Source: Klebsormidium nitens (Eukaryota; Plantae; Klebsormidiophyceae). Taken from it: 33,638 bases of DNA. The translations under genes and the position numbers were made by a program. Position 1 is the first letter of the stretch, and every line of letters starts with the position of its first letter. The notes beneath the pieces were generated by a model. That model was given only the letters and a program-made list of their open reading frames with translations, was not told the DNA's origin and made no database searches. The stretch covers positions 1 to 33,638 of the forward strand of contig DF237726.1 of the NCBI GenBank assembly GCA_000708835.1, read 5' to 3'. Of the stretch, positions 22,757-33,638 are shown piece by piece.

Positions 22757-23116
22757 ACACGGGGGGAGGGCGGCTGTATGTTGCGTGCGTATCCTTTTCG
22801 TCATTCTTCGTTTCAGTGTCAAAGAGTCACGATGAGGGTGTCCATCGGCGCGCACCAAAGTGCTGTGAAGGAGACCAGCCGTATCTAACGAATTTGCAGC
22901 AGTGCGAATGCAGCATGCTATGACAGCCATCGGTTATTTGTTGCTACATATTGACCATCTTTCGGTTGCACAACGTTGTGCAAAAGGATGATGGTCTCTT
23001 TTCGTTTTCGCCGTAGCCAAATAGGCCATAGGCTTCTCATGGCATACATAGATGTGGTGTGTGATGATCAAGATCATGCATACTGAAATCTGCGCTCAGG
23101 CTTGACATGCCTGACC

Positions 23117-23149
23117 AGGTTTTAGGGGTTTTAGTGTTTTAGGGTTTTA
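23117..23149 (+). repeat. Degenerate interstitial telomeric sequence (TTTTAGGG, about 4 units)
   Basis: agg-ttttagggg-ttttagtg-ttttaggg-tttta. Same 8-mer as the terminal telomere, but G-rich on the + strand, i.e. opposite orientation. Confidence 0.8.
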
Positions 23150-23539
23150 TGCGAATATCCATGCATGGTAGCTCACATTCCTCGGTTCTGCCGTGCTACC
23201 ATCGACCTTCGTAAACGTCCGATGCTACGGTGTCGCCATCGGCCTAGGCTATGTCATGGTGTCAATGCACCCCGAGGGCGGCCGGTGGCCTAACCAAGGT
23301 CAGTGAGTCCCGCGGGGGCCTGCACGGCGCGACCACGTGGCGGCCATCGGTGCACTGACGGCATGATCGCATGCAATCGAGGAATAGTTGCTGGCATGGC
23401 GCGCCTGGCATGAGACTCAATTAGCATGACATGGCACCGATCCGATCGCGAGGCCATGCATGACGGCACCAATCCCGTGTATACACAAAGGCGGCATTGA
23501 CTGATCGCGTTCGATTTTGCACATGTGTAGCTACTATAA

Positions 23540-23998
23540 GGGGCTCGTCGCATGCGACCGCTACATTTCTGTTTCCGCGAGAATGTGGCGGTTCCAAGAC
23601 CAAACCATCGACGCATGCCTCCGATATTCGGACGAAAAGTTAGAACGTACAGTTCGATCGCGCGATCGGACCATCAAAACCGCCAGAATGTGGCTGGCGG
23701 TTTGGGGGTCCTCCTAGAATCTGGCGGTTCCGACATTTCCAACCGAGGACTTTGATGGTCTGAATGAGCAGACTGCGGGTACCCGGTACCGGATCGGGAA
23801 TTATCCATCTTTTTCTTTGCGATTAAAATGTATTTTTTGGAATTGAATCTGGAGAGTCACCGCCAGACTATCGAACGCGCCGTCGAACATTGTACCTTCT
23901 TGACGATCCGTCCATGCGCATTCGTACGACCTGACCCGAAGTCAACCCGCCACATTCTGGCGGAAATGTAATTGTAGCGGTCGCATGCGACGAGCCCC
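23540..23998. mobile_element. MITE, PIF/Harbinger (Tourist-like), 459 bp, non-autonomous
   Basis: 52-bp TIRs at 23540-23591 and 23947-23998 match at 47/52 positions; the outer 26 bp (GGGGCTCGTCGCATGCGACCGCTACA) are perfect. TAA flanks both ends (23537-23539, 23999-24001). No coding capacity. A 3-bp TAA/TTA target duplication is characteristic of PIF/Harbinger. Confidence 0.88.
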
Positions 23999-24868
23999 TA
24001 AGCTATCTAGATACTGAGCTAGATTCATTGAATGCTGGCACATGATCATTGATGATCCGATGCATGCAATTGCAACCATGCGATTGCACCCCGCATTACT
24101 AGATATCGATCGAGAGCTAGCTATCATGCTCATCGACGGCGTCTAGTACGGGCCAAAATCACATGGTAAGCCTGTTCACCATAGATTGCAGCGCGGGGCC
24201 TGACGGTATTGCCGAACACATCACCGTCTCGCGGCGTACGGTAGCAATGATGACATGCAGTGGCCCAGTGGCAACGTGCAATTATTGACTGTCTAGTCAC
24301 CAGACGTCGGAAATTTGCAACTAGATGATGGGCGGCCGCCGACAAGATTCGACCAGTGACGTAGCCGCCAACATCACCAGATTTATTGTTCAATGGATAT
24401 GTCAAATATGCGAAATTGACCGGACCGATGCGCAGCTCTGGGTCTTGGGAACGTGTTATAGAAAACGAAAACCCTACAGCAGTCATTGTATCCGATCCTG
24501 CCCAAGCTGGCCAAAGTGACGCCATGCCAGATTTGACAAATTTCGACAGTCGGCCAATTCAACTCAGCCGTGCCAAAGCACCTCGATTGCCAAGGGCGGC
24601 TGCGCCACCACGCCGTACAGCGCCAAACTACACTAGTGCTCGCTAGCTATCGTAGTATGTTCCCTTCTAAGGCTCTTCCTTTGATCATCAAGACCCTGAC
24701 TAAAGGGTCATCCTGTGAACACTGTCAAAGCCCATGTATTTGGCGCCAACTAATGTTATGCGTCTACTTTACGAAGCTTTAGCGTTTGTGACAACCTAAT
24801 GTAGCAATTAAAAGATTTGCGTTTCCCCCAATAATCTCGACTGGGATCTCAAAGCACGGAAACCTCGC

Positions 24869-27800
24869 TCAATCCTCTACCTCCTCCTCTTTGGGAGCAT
24901 ATGTTAGCTCTTTCCTAGCCACTCTGACCGCTCCTTTGAGCCATGGTGCGGCCTTAGGGGCCACACTCGTCTCGCTGCTGGCATTGGAGGATCTCCCAGT
25001 GGCCCCTTCCTCCAGCAGCAGCCAGGGGTCCATCTCCAGCCCAGACTCGGTGGCCCAGTTTGCAGTCCCTTCCAAGGGACCCCGTCCTGTTTGAGCCAAA
25101 TGGCTGGAGCCGGTTGAGAGTTTGTTGACTGCTGCGATGGTGGGAATGGTACATCGGTGGGGCGGCAGGCACGGCAGGACCGCCTGCAGCCGTTGGTGCA
25201 CCGCAGCGGGCAGGCGCCCGCGCAAACTGTCCAACTCCGCCTGGACATGCGGAAGGGGGAGCCGTCAAACGCCGCTGGCGATCCAGGAACGACTTTCGTG
25301 TCGACAATCGCGAACCCGAGAAACGCTTGCAAACGGTATTCACCTCGGTTGCCGGTCTAGTTGAGCAAGAAAGACAAGAACCTGAGGATATTGAATAATT
25401 ACATATCACAACTCTTCTTGCCGCTTTATCAATCAATCAAGGAGACCTTGATGGGACTATCAAGCACCTGCCTTGCAGATCAATGGAAAGGGAACTTCAG
25501 CGCACCAGAAAGACTTGGCACCAAGCGAGGATCAAACATCCGTTTTTGATCGACTGGACTCCGCCAAGCTGAGCGCTTACGTGGCAAAGTGTGCCCAGCC
25601 GTGTCTGGTGCTACGGTATGGTCCACTCCTATGCATGCCGATCGAAGGGTCATGACTTGCCCTCATACCCCAGAGCCACCTCCAGCTGCTCGCACCCTCA
25701 CCTGCATGCGTTCTGCCACGTGGCGGTCGAACGGCCCCACGTCCCGCAGCGGCTTTGCAGGGCCCCGCCCCGGCGGTGGCTTGAGCCAGGCGGCCCACGT
25801 GCTGCTCACCAGCGCGGCCAGCACGGCGTGCAGCCGCCCAAACAGGCCCTCCCCCGCCCCCGCCGCCGCGGCTGCCGCTGCAGCCTCGGCATACCCGCGC
25901 TCGGGGTCAGGGGGAAGTGGGTCCGAGGGAGTGCGGATCAGGGGCGCCTCCTGGACGAGGGGCGAGGCGAGGAGGCGGAGCAGGACGGGCGCGAGCGTGA
26001 GGCGCATGTTGCGGGGGGTGGGGTCGCGGTCGGCGTGGATCTGCAGCCGGCAGACGAGGATCTTTAGACAGTGAATCTGCCTGCCGAGTACACGAGAGAG
26101 GTTTCACATAGGCGAGAATGAGCACTGGGGTGACTGTTTTGGGAGCCGCAGAGGCCTGGCCTCGGCGGCTTGTACGCCGTGTGCGGTGCAATGGGGGCGG
26201 GCCTACTTGGCGCGCTCACCTGGGGCAGCATGGGCAGCACGAACTGCAGCCGCAGCCAAAGCGACGTCTGCAGCGCGGCAACGGACGCTGGGGCCGCCAC
26301 CTCACTAGCGGGCCCCCACTGACCGCCACCGCCGCGTGGGCTGCCCGGCAACGCCGCAAAGCCGTCCAGGCCTTTGCCCCACTGCGCAGCACCCCGGGCC
26401 GGAGCGCTGCTCTCGCCAGAGGGTCCTTTGCTGGCGTGCCGGGCAGCCGCGCTGATGTGGGCCTCTAGCGCTGCCAGCTGGCGCACCAGCTCCCCCGCAA
26501 ACCCCGCGCACGTCTCGCTCGAGCTCCCTGCCAGCAGCGGCAGGACCAGCTCCGCAAGGCCGCGCTCCAGCGCAAACGGCGGGATGGTAGGCGGAGGTGA
26601 GGCGGGGGTGGGGGCCGGGCTGGGGCGGACCCTGAAGCCGTCACGGGCTGCCGACGCCTCGAGCAGCTGCCGCAACGATTTGCGGCCTTGGAGCATGTCG
26701 GCGCCCTCGAGAGCCCACCGCACCTGCGCCCAACAGCAGCGGTCAGGGCAATGCAACACACGGCAAGGCAGCTTCTCTGGTTAAGAGAAGGCGACCGCCC
26801 TCAACGATATCTAAGTTCGAGAGGACCCAGTGAGCATGCGACACAGAAGACGTAACCCGGTGCATGAGACCAAGCCTGATTAAAAATGAAGGTCGAAGCA
26901 GCGTGGCGGCGGGGCGGTACCTGCTGGATGAGGTAGTCCCCGAAGCCCCGGCCGAGCGCGTGCGCGAGCTGGCTGTAGAGAGGGGCCGCAGCGGGGCGCA
27001 GCAGCAGGCGAGTGAGTACGGCGGTGGTGAACGTCTTCTCGCACTCCGCCAGCTGGGCGGGGTCCAACGAGTGCACACAGGCCAGGGCGGCCACAGCTGT
27101 GGAACCAGCGCGCAGCTTCTCGAGGACGACCTGCACGCCAACCGTTGCACTCGTCAGGGCGGGGGTCGGGAAAAGCAGCAGGTCCAAGCACAGGCGGGCG
27201 GGGCGGGCCAGGCGTGAAGGCGCTTCGGTGACCCTTTCGGACATCATAGAACAACTAGGGCAACTCTAGGGGTTGCAGGAATAGAGGCAACGAGAGGCTC
27301 CCCTTATAGCGCTTGAGCCACGAGATTGCAACAAGGTCTCAGGAGTCTTGAAATTATGATTTCAATCCTCGGCCACGGGTACTTGGATGCCCCTCCATGA
27401 GGCCAACCTTCTAATGCCAAAAGCATCTCATCCGTTTGTGGGTGTTGAAAATCCCAGCGATTCTGCGGCCCTGGATGGCGCTGACCTGTTGGTCGAGCAG
27501 CAGGCGTACGCGCAGGCACTGCCAGTGGAAGGTGGTGGCGGCCAGCGCCTCCAGGCTGCGCAGCAGGCCCTCCACCAGCGCACCCTCCAGCGCCGCCACC
27601 CGCTCCTCCGCCGTTTCCCCCCCTGCTGTCTCTGGTGCGACCGCCCTTCCCTCCAGCAGGGCCGCCAGCAGGCGGGTCCCGTGCAGCGGCAGCAGCGCCA
27701 GCGCGGCCGCCTGCCAGCTGCCCACCTCACCGCTCGTGCGCTGCGCGTCCACTCCGACCGCTGCCGCTGCCTGCGCACTGTCTGACCGCATCAGGGCCAG

Positions 27801-30800
27801 CAGCCGTCCACTGTCCGCCAGCAGACAATCCCGGACGTGGTCCCCCTGCAGCGCCTCTGCGAGAGCTGCCGCCGCCTCTGCCTTCAGCAACTGCATCTCT
27901 GGCCCGCCGAGGCTGCCCCGCACGTCGAAGGTCAGCCGCAGTAGTGCGCTCAGAGGGGCGTAGACGGCATCAGCCGGCAGCAGGGCACGCGCGCGTAACA
28001 AGAACCAGGGATGTGGGCCCTCTACCAGGGCTGTCACTGCGCCTCCCACGGCATCTGCTGTGCCGCCAGAGCACACCCCGCCCAGGAGCAGCCGAAACCA
28101 TAGCACCGCTGCCCGAGCTGCACCCACATCCGGAGGCGGCCCCACGCTGCGCAGGTGAACTGATACGAGGGTGTTGCCCAGGTGCAGCGCCTCCAAGAGG
28201 GTGCGCAGCTCCAGCCAGCCTTCCGCCAGCAGCGCCTCAGCAACAGCCAGCGCCATCGCTGCCCTTACTGCTTCGGAGAGCTCGCCTGCCGGGTCGCCTG
28301 CAGCTTCGCCGGTGGTTTCGGGCCCCAGGTCGGGAGTTTCGGGCGACATGTGGGCGTATGGGAGGGCCACGACAGGCACCGGTGCCGGCTGCGCGGCCTG
28401 GACGGTGTGGACCAGAGCGTGCACCACCCCACTCTGAAAAGTGGGGCCGGCACTCAAGCCCCGAAATCTTCTCAGAACCGAGATACAAAACGCCAGGAGA
28501 CTTGCGCCGCGCCGCTGCCGCTTCACAAGATCCTGCACCCCTCCCTCCCCAGGACCGCCCGCCTCAGCCACGAGCCCATCGGCAGCTGCTTCAACCAGCG
28601 CTCCCACGACTGCCGCCACTCCGGCGGCGCTCCCAACGTCGCCTCCCAGCACCCCTCTCAAGCGTGCGCCGACACGGCAGGCAAGCTCGTCCATCCTGGA
28701 CTCCGCGCTACGTTCTGTCCAACTCGACTGATGGGGCCCCTCGTTCCGATTGATGTCAGCCCTACACATGCGAGCCAGCTGGGCTGGTCCCCCCGTCTCC
28801 ATAGCCAGCCCACTTCGACAACGATTCTGCAGCTGCTCCGTCACCACAACGTCCACCCCCAACACTGATCCCAGCGGTAAAGTCCGCCCCGCATTCCCGA
28901 CCGCCTCCCAGACCGTGCTGCACTCTGGGCGCGCCCGTGCTGCCGCCTCCCACGCCCTCACGTCCTGCAGCTGTCCGTACTGCACCCGCAGCCGTGCCAT
29001 CAAGCCCGCTGCGGCCTCGCGAGTGCGCATGGCTCCTTGGCAGCCGCGACTGACCAGCGCCGACAGCAAGTCTGGCAGGCGGTCCATGGCGGCAAAGAGA
29101 GGGGCATAGAGCAACAGAAGCGCAAGCAAGCACTCGTCGGGACAGGCAGCTTCTTGCTTGGCGCCGCCTGGAGGACTTGCCAAGTCTTGTGCTCCATGCG
29201 TCTTGTCAGATGAGCGGTTGCTGGCCAGGTGGTCCAGGAGCAGGTCCAGCAGTGCGCCGTGCTGCTGCAGTGCGTCGAGCAGGTACGCCCCGCGCAGCAG
29301 CACAGGACAGCGCACCACACCACCAGCCCAGCTGCCGCCCGTCCCCAGAGAAACCTCAGGCTCAGCTTCGCTCCACACTTCGCTGTGCTCTGCCATGCCG
29401 GCTTTCTCGCTCTTTCTGTCGTGCCATCGCACCTCCTCCTCCCTCCCAGCTGCTTCGTGTTGCCCTCTCCAAGCCCCACTGGTGTGGCCCTGCGTCTGCT
29501 CGCCTTCACCGCTCAGAGCTGCCCGTATGCTCTCCACCACCCAAGACCCCACCTCCCGCTTATCTAAAAAGGGAAGCCCTCCAATGGCTCCCTCCACCTC
29601 TCCCCAGCTCCATACACTTGGGTCCTCTTGAATCCTTCCCAGCCCCGCCGTTCCTAAAGGCGTTCCGTCAACCTCCATTGCCCCTCTCCCTTCTTCCTTC
29701 CTCAAATCTTCTATCATGTCCTCCCTCGTGCCGCTTACTTCCTGGACCCTCCAATCGTTTTCCGCGCTTTTCCGCAGCCACCACCGATCTACTGCCACAA
29801 GTTCAGTCCCCCTCTCCTTCCCCACGCTGTGCTCCATCTTTTGTCGTTTGGCCGGCCGATGTCGCGCCTCTGCTCCTTCATTGTTCCCACTGCCGTCCCT
29901 ACTTCCAGGTAGCTCCAGGACCGCCCGGATAGCCCGCTCCACGCGGGCTCTTTGCCGCCGTCTCTCTTCTTCCCCGCTCTGTTCCAGCTTTGCCCCGCCC
30001 CCCCGGAGTTTCCGTTGCCCTGCAGCAAGTGCAGCACGCCTCTCCATCTGCAGTTCTGACTTCCCGTCCCTGTTCACTTCTTCCCCTGCTGGCAGCTGTT
30101 CCAGGCAGCCCCGCAGCTTCCTTGCGCAGGCCCGCTCGCTGGCGGAGGCGCGTCGCTCCAGGGCCCCGTCAGCGACCAGCTGGCGCGCAAAGCGCACGGG
30201 GTCCAGCAGGCCTCGCCGCACCAGCTCCGCCAGCAGGGCCTCCTGCAGGCCCTGGCCCACATCAGTGGTGGGGGCCTCGCAGCGCTGCAGCCAATCCACC
30301 AACAACTCATGGAGCAGGTCGGCCCTGGCCTCTGGCTCTCTGCTGCTCCCCGTTTGCTCCTTACTGAGTCGCCAAAGAATTGCTGCCGCGAGGTACACTC
30401 GGGCGAGTGCCAGGGTGCCAGTCACGGCCACGCAAGAGTGGGCCGCGTCATCCGACCTCAGCAGCCCCCCTTCCACCGGCTCCTCGCTCAAGCGTTCCTG
30501 CCCGCTGCCTACGCCCCCTGTCTTCTCCGCCTCGTTCCTGCTAGGATGGATCGCCCATTCGCAGACCAGCCCCACAGCTGCGCGCAGCTTTCCCCGCCCC
30601 TCCCACTCCTCTCCGCCATCCCAGTCTCTGCTAACCAGTGGATCGGAAAAGGAGGTGCACGCAGCTCCAACATCCCCTAACAGCAGGGCCTTGTCTAGCG
30701 CCGCAATCACCTTCGCCTCATTATTTCTAAGCACGATCGGATTCACCGCCGCTGCCAGCAACGCCCTTTTTCGTAGGACACCCCTTTGCACTTCCTCCAA

Positions 30801-33015
30801 GACCTCAGTATCTTGATACGCCACCAATGCACCTTCCCCTTTCCCCTCAACCACCCCCGGCCTCTTTCCACATGACAACATGTAGCTGGGCAAGGGAAGA
30901 GCCCCAACACCCAGGAACGAGTCCGGAGATGCCACCAAAACACAGCGCACCAACCCACCCAGCCGCAGCGCCACTTGCGAGTCGCTCACAGCGCTCGCTC
31001 GATCTGGGGCTTCTTCCATGAGACACAGCTGCTCCAGCGAGGACAGTGCAGCGCCCGTGATCTGCTCCAGGTGTGTCTGCGGGGTGGCCCACAGTGCCCC
31101 ATCCAGGAGCGCTTCCACCAGCGGCAGAAGCAGGCCCACCCGCGCCACCCCCCGCCCCATATCGCCAAACTGGGCCAGCACCCACTCCCCCAGCGCCGTG
31201 CTGTTCACCAGGCCCTCCCCGCAGTGCGCCACTGCCAGCGCCATCAGCTGCGCCCACTGCTCCCCAGGCAGACCACCCCCCAGGCCCCCCCCCGCCCCAG
31301 GGCTGCTTTGTCCTGCCAAGGGAGAGGTGACCGGGGAGAAGCTGAGCCGGCCCAGCTTCCCCGCTGCCCCCCCTGCGCTGTGCGCCTCCCCTGCCGCCTG
31401 CGCGAGTGCGTCATCGAGCGCGGCCAGCAGGTCCCGCGTCCAGGCGTCCGTCCGCTTGGCCTGGCTTTTGTCTCCCAGCGGGCTGCTGCTGGTGCTGCCC
31501 CCCCCCCAGCCCCCCCCATCTGAAGGGGCCGCACCTGGCCCAGGTAGCACACCTTGACCACCCAGGTGGCGCGCCCCACCGGCAGCCGCGCGCGCAGGAT
31601 GCCCTCCACCAGGGGCCGCCCATAAAAGCCTGCCGGCACGCTGTCCGCCAGCTGGCGCAATGGCTTCCCCAGGGCCACCTCCGCCAGCCAGCGCTGGCGC
31701 GCCTCCTCCGAAGGGGCGGGCTTGACCTCGGGGTGGGCGCCCGGGCGGGCCAGGAGCGGCCCCGCAAGGGGCACGCCAAAGACCTGCCCCGCCTTGCGCT
31801 TGCGGGCAAGGGTGGAGGCGAGGGCGCGGAAGCGGGCGCGCAGCGCGGCACGGCAGCGCTGGAGGCCCTGGCGCGTCCAGAGGGCCTGCGCGGAGACGAG
31901 GCTGTAGAGCACCTCGCGCGACTCCTCGATGGCGGGGACGGCTTCCTTGTAGCCTGCACTGACCGTCTCCCGCGACAGCACCAGCTCGGGGTCATCGCTG
32001 GAGGGGGGGTAGAAGTCGGCGGGGCCCAGCCTGCACAGAAGGAACGTGTGGGCATGCAAGACTGACGTAGAGCTCCAGGAGTGAGATGCTTTCTCGAGGG
32101 GGCAGAACGTTTCTGAGGCTGCGGAACGGGCCGTCAACAAAGACTGTGCCCCTGAGTAAACAACCACAAGCATTCTGTCAGACTGGTGGACATTAAAAAG
32201 GAAGAAGAGCTTCTTTCAACCCAAAAAGCCCTCTGCAGAGTTTGGGACACCCTTTGAAAGGACACATTGTTTCACCTTATTGATGTCAAGATTGATTGGA
32301 GCTCAAGGGATTTCTCACCTAGAATTGAGAGGCTCTCGATCGGAACTCAGGACATACGGCTGCAACTGTGGGGGGTCATGGGCCCGCCTGCACAAGCAAT
32401 ATCCAGTGTCATCAGCTGAGCCAGGTGGGTGCCCCAGTCTAAGCCGCAGGTCTGACACTGGCTGGGCTCACTGTTTGAGGCAGGGGAGGGTCTTCCTACG
32501 TTGGACTACCTTACACCTTACACCAGCGTATGGCTTCCTGCCCAACCAAAAAGTCAGCACTCGACGAACATATCAGCACTGGCAGTGCATGAATGCAGCT
32601 CAGCTCAGTAACATGAGGGCAGGATAGAGAACGCTGTGCAAGCAGATACTGTTTGCACAGCTGAGACACAAATTGCACACACCGCAGTGCCATCTTTTCA
32701 GTGAGCAAGGCCTTCGGTAGACCTTTTCGACTCAAATCACGTGTTCACCAGGTGGGCAGCTCCCAATCATTTTGCCAGCAGTCCCATAGCTGCCCAAGAC
32801 GTCACGAAATGCTGCACATCTTTGCCAGCATTGCAACAGGCCCCCTTGCAGCACCGGTAAACTACTGCAAACGGCCCACACTACTCTCCACAATGTGGCT
32901 GCCTGATTTACCTTGTTGCCTGCACCTGAATGAAGGTAGGCGTCCCTGGTTTGCATGCGGCTCACCTCTGGCTGCGCTGGTTGGCTGCCTCTTCCCGGGC
33001 GCCCCCCCGCTGCAT
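24869..33015 (-). CDS. MED12: Mediator subunit 12 (CDK8 kinase module; Arabidopsis CCT/CRP-like); about 2004-2029 aa
   Basis: Exons: 33015-32966 (MQRGGAREE..), 32387-32319 (QLQPYVLSSDREPLNSR), 32030-31535 (LGPADFYP..RQRWLAEVALGKPLRQLADSVPAGF..RATWVVKVCYLGQ, the Med12 domain), frame break at about 31534-31461, then 31460-27486 (ends HWQCLRVRLLLDQQ), 27130-26921, 26723-26220 (SLWLRLQFVLPMLP), 26040-25702, 25240-24869 (EMDPWLLLEEG..WLKGAVRVARKELTY, the plant MED12 C-terminal signature as I recall it). The other six introns are canonical GT-AG with consistent phases. Confidence 0.92.
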
Positions 33016-33638
33016 TGCGGTGCATCAGCAGAGCCCACCCAGGCCCCCCTGCTGCCTGGCAATCGGTCCTTCAGGAGGCAGGCCCATGCCGATAAAATGG
33101 TCAAAGACAACTGCAAGCAGACACCCCCTGGTTTTGCTCTTTCCCGCAGACACGCTGGTGCCTCCAAGTCCTGGTAATTGTGCATTCTATCCCTGCACTG
33201 GCCGAAAGAGGGAGTGGCCAAAGCTCCATTCACAAACTATGTGGCGACAGGAACAAGATGGGAGCAGCTGCATCGCCCCTCGAAATTGATCGCGATGGGA
33301 ACAAACCATGAGCTGTCGACACGAGGGTTCCGCGCCATGGCCCATGCGTAGAACTACAAGCGAAACTTACGGAACTGCGCACCGTCGTTGCTTTTTCCCG
33401 CACAAAAGCACCGGTATTACCGTAAGAGGAGGTCATTGGTTGACTCATATACGACTTAGACTCAGACGCCCCATCAACCATCTAGAAAGTTCGGTCCTGT
33501 CTGAGAAAAACCTTGCACACATGTGCGCAAAGAACTCGGTCGACCGTTTAGGTGGACGGGGGAGCAGGGCACGTCACTCAACGTTGTGCAGACCCAGCCT
33601 GAGGTCACCTCTAGAGGTGTGTTCTATGCAAGACTCCA

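Noticed and set aside
24631-24638. CACTAGTG as a CACTA transposon end
   Set aside because: No matching partner terminus or 3-bp duplication found.
27635-30816. Long plus-strand ORFs of 372, 228, 251 and 366 aa
   Set aside because: Antisense shadows of the GC-rich MED12 exon; Ser/Pro/Arg-rich with no recognisable motif.
1579-33015. Functional cluster of ZFYVE26, ALF4 and MED12
   Set aside because: Unrelated processes (endolysosomal trafficking, cullin-RING ligase regulation, Mediator). Adjacency is ordinary gene order.
32732-33025. ORF MHRNAAGGRP.. as the MED12 N-terminus
   Set aside because: Its donor is phase 0 and cannot join the next exon. The overlapping ATG at 33015 (MQRGG..) gives the required phase 2 and a plant-like MQR start.
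1-33638. tRNA, rRNA, CRISPR arrays or prokaryotic/viral genes
   Set aside because: None recognised; all coding sequence is spliced and eukaryotic.

Overview
This window is the left end of a chromosome from a GC-rich, intron-rich green alga. It opens with (CCCTAAAA)n, the C-strand of a TTTTAGGG telomere. The proteins resemble land-plant orthologues, so a streptophyte alga such as a Klebsormidiophycean is my best guess (inference). I reconstructed three multi-exon genes by hand from GT-AG junctions and reading-phase continuity: (1) ZFYVE26/SPG15 spastizin, minus strand, 33 exons, about 2420 aa, no FYVE finger, with its stop codon only about 1.5 kb from the telomere; (2) ALF4/glomulin-like, plus strand, 13 exons, about 608 aa, divergent from ZFYVE26; (3) MED12, minus strand, about 2000-2030 aa, with a roughly 4-kb exon and one frame break inside a G8-CT-G10 homopolymer. 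Between the converging 3' ends of ALF4 and MED12 lie a degenerate interstitial telomeric array in the opposite orientation to the terminal one and a 459-bp MITE with 52-bp terminal inverted repeats and a TAA target duplication (PIF/Harbinger, Tourist-like). A ZFYVE26 intron carries a 65-bp A-tailed insert between 16-bp direct repeats. Most ORFs in the supplied track are exon fragments or GC-rich shadow frames. Gene identities rest on motifs recognised from memory, not on a database search. I found no clearly new enzymatic system; the main interest is structural.
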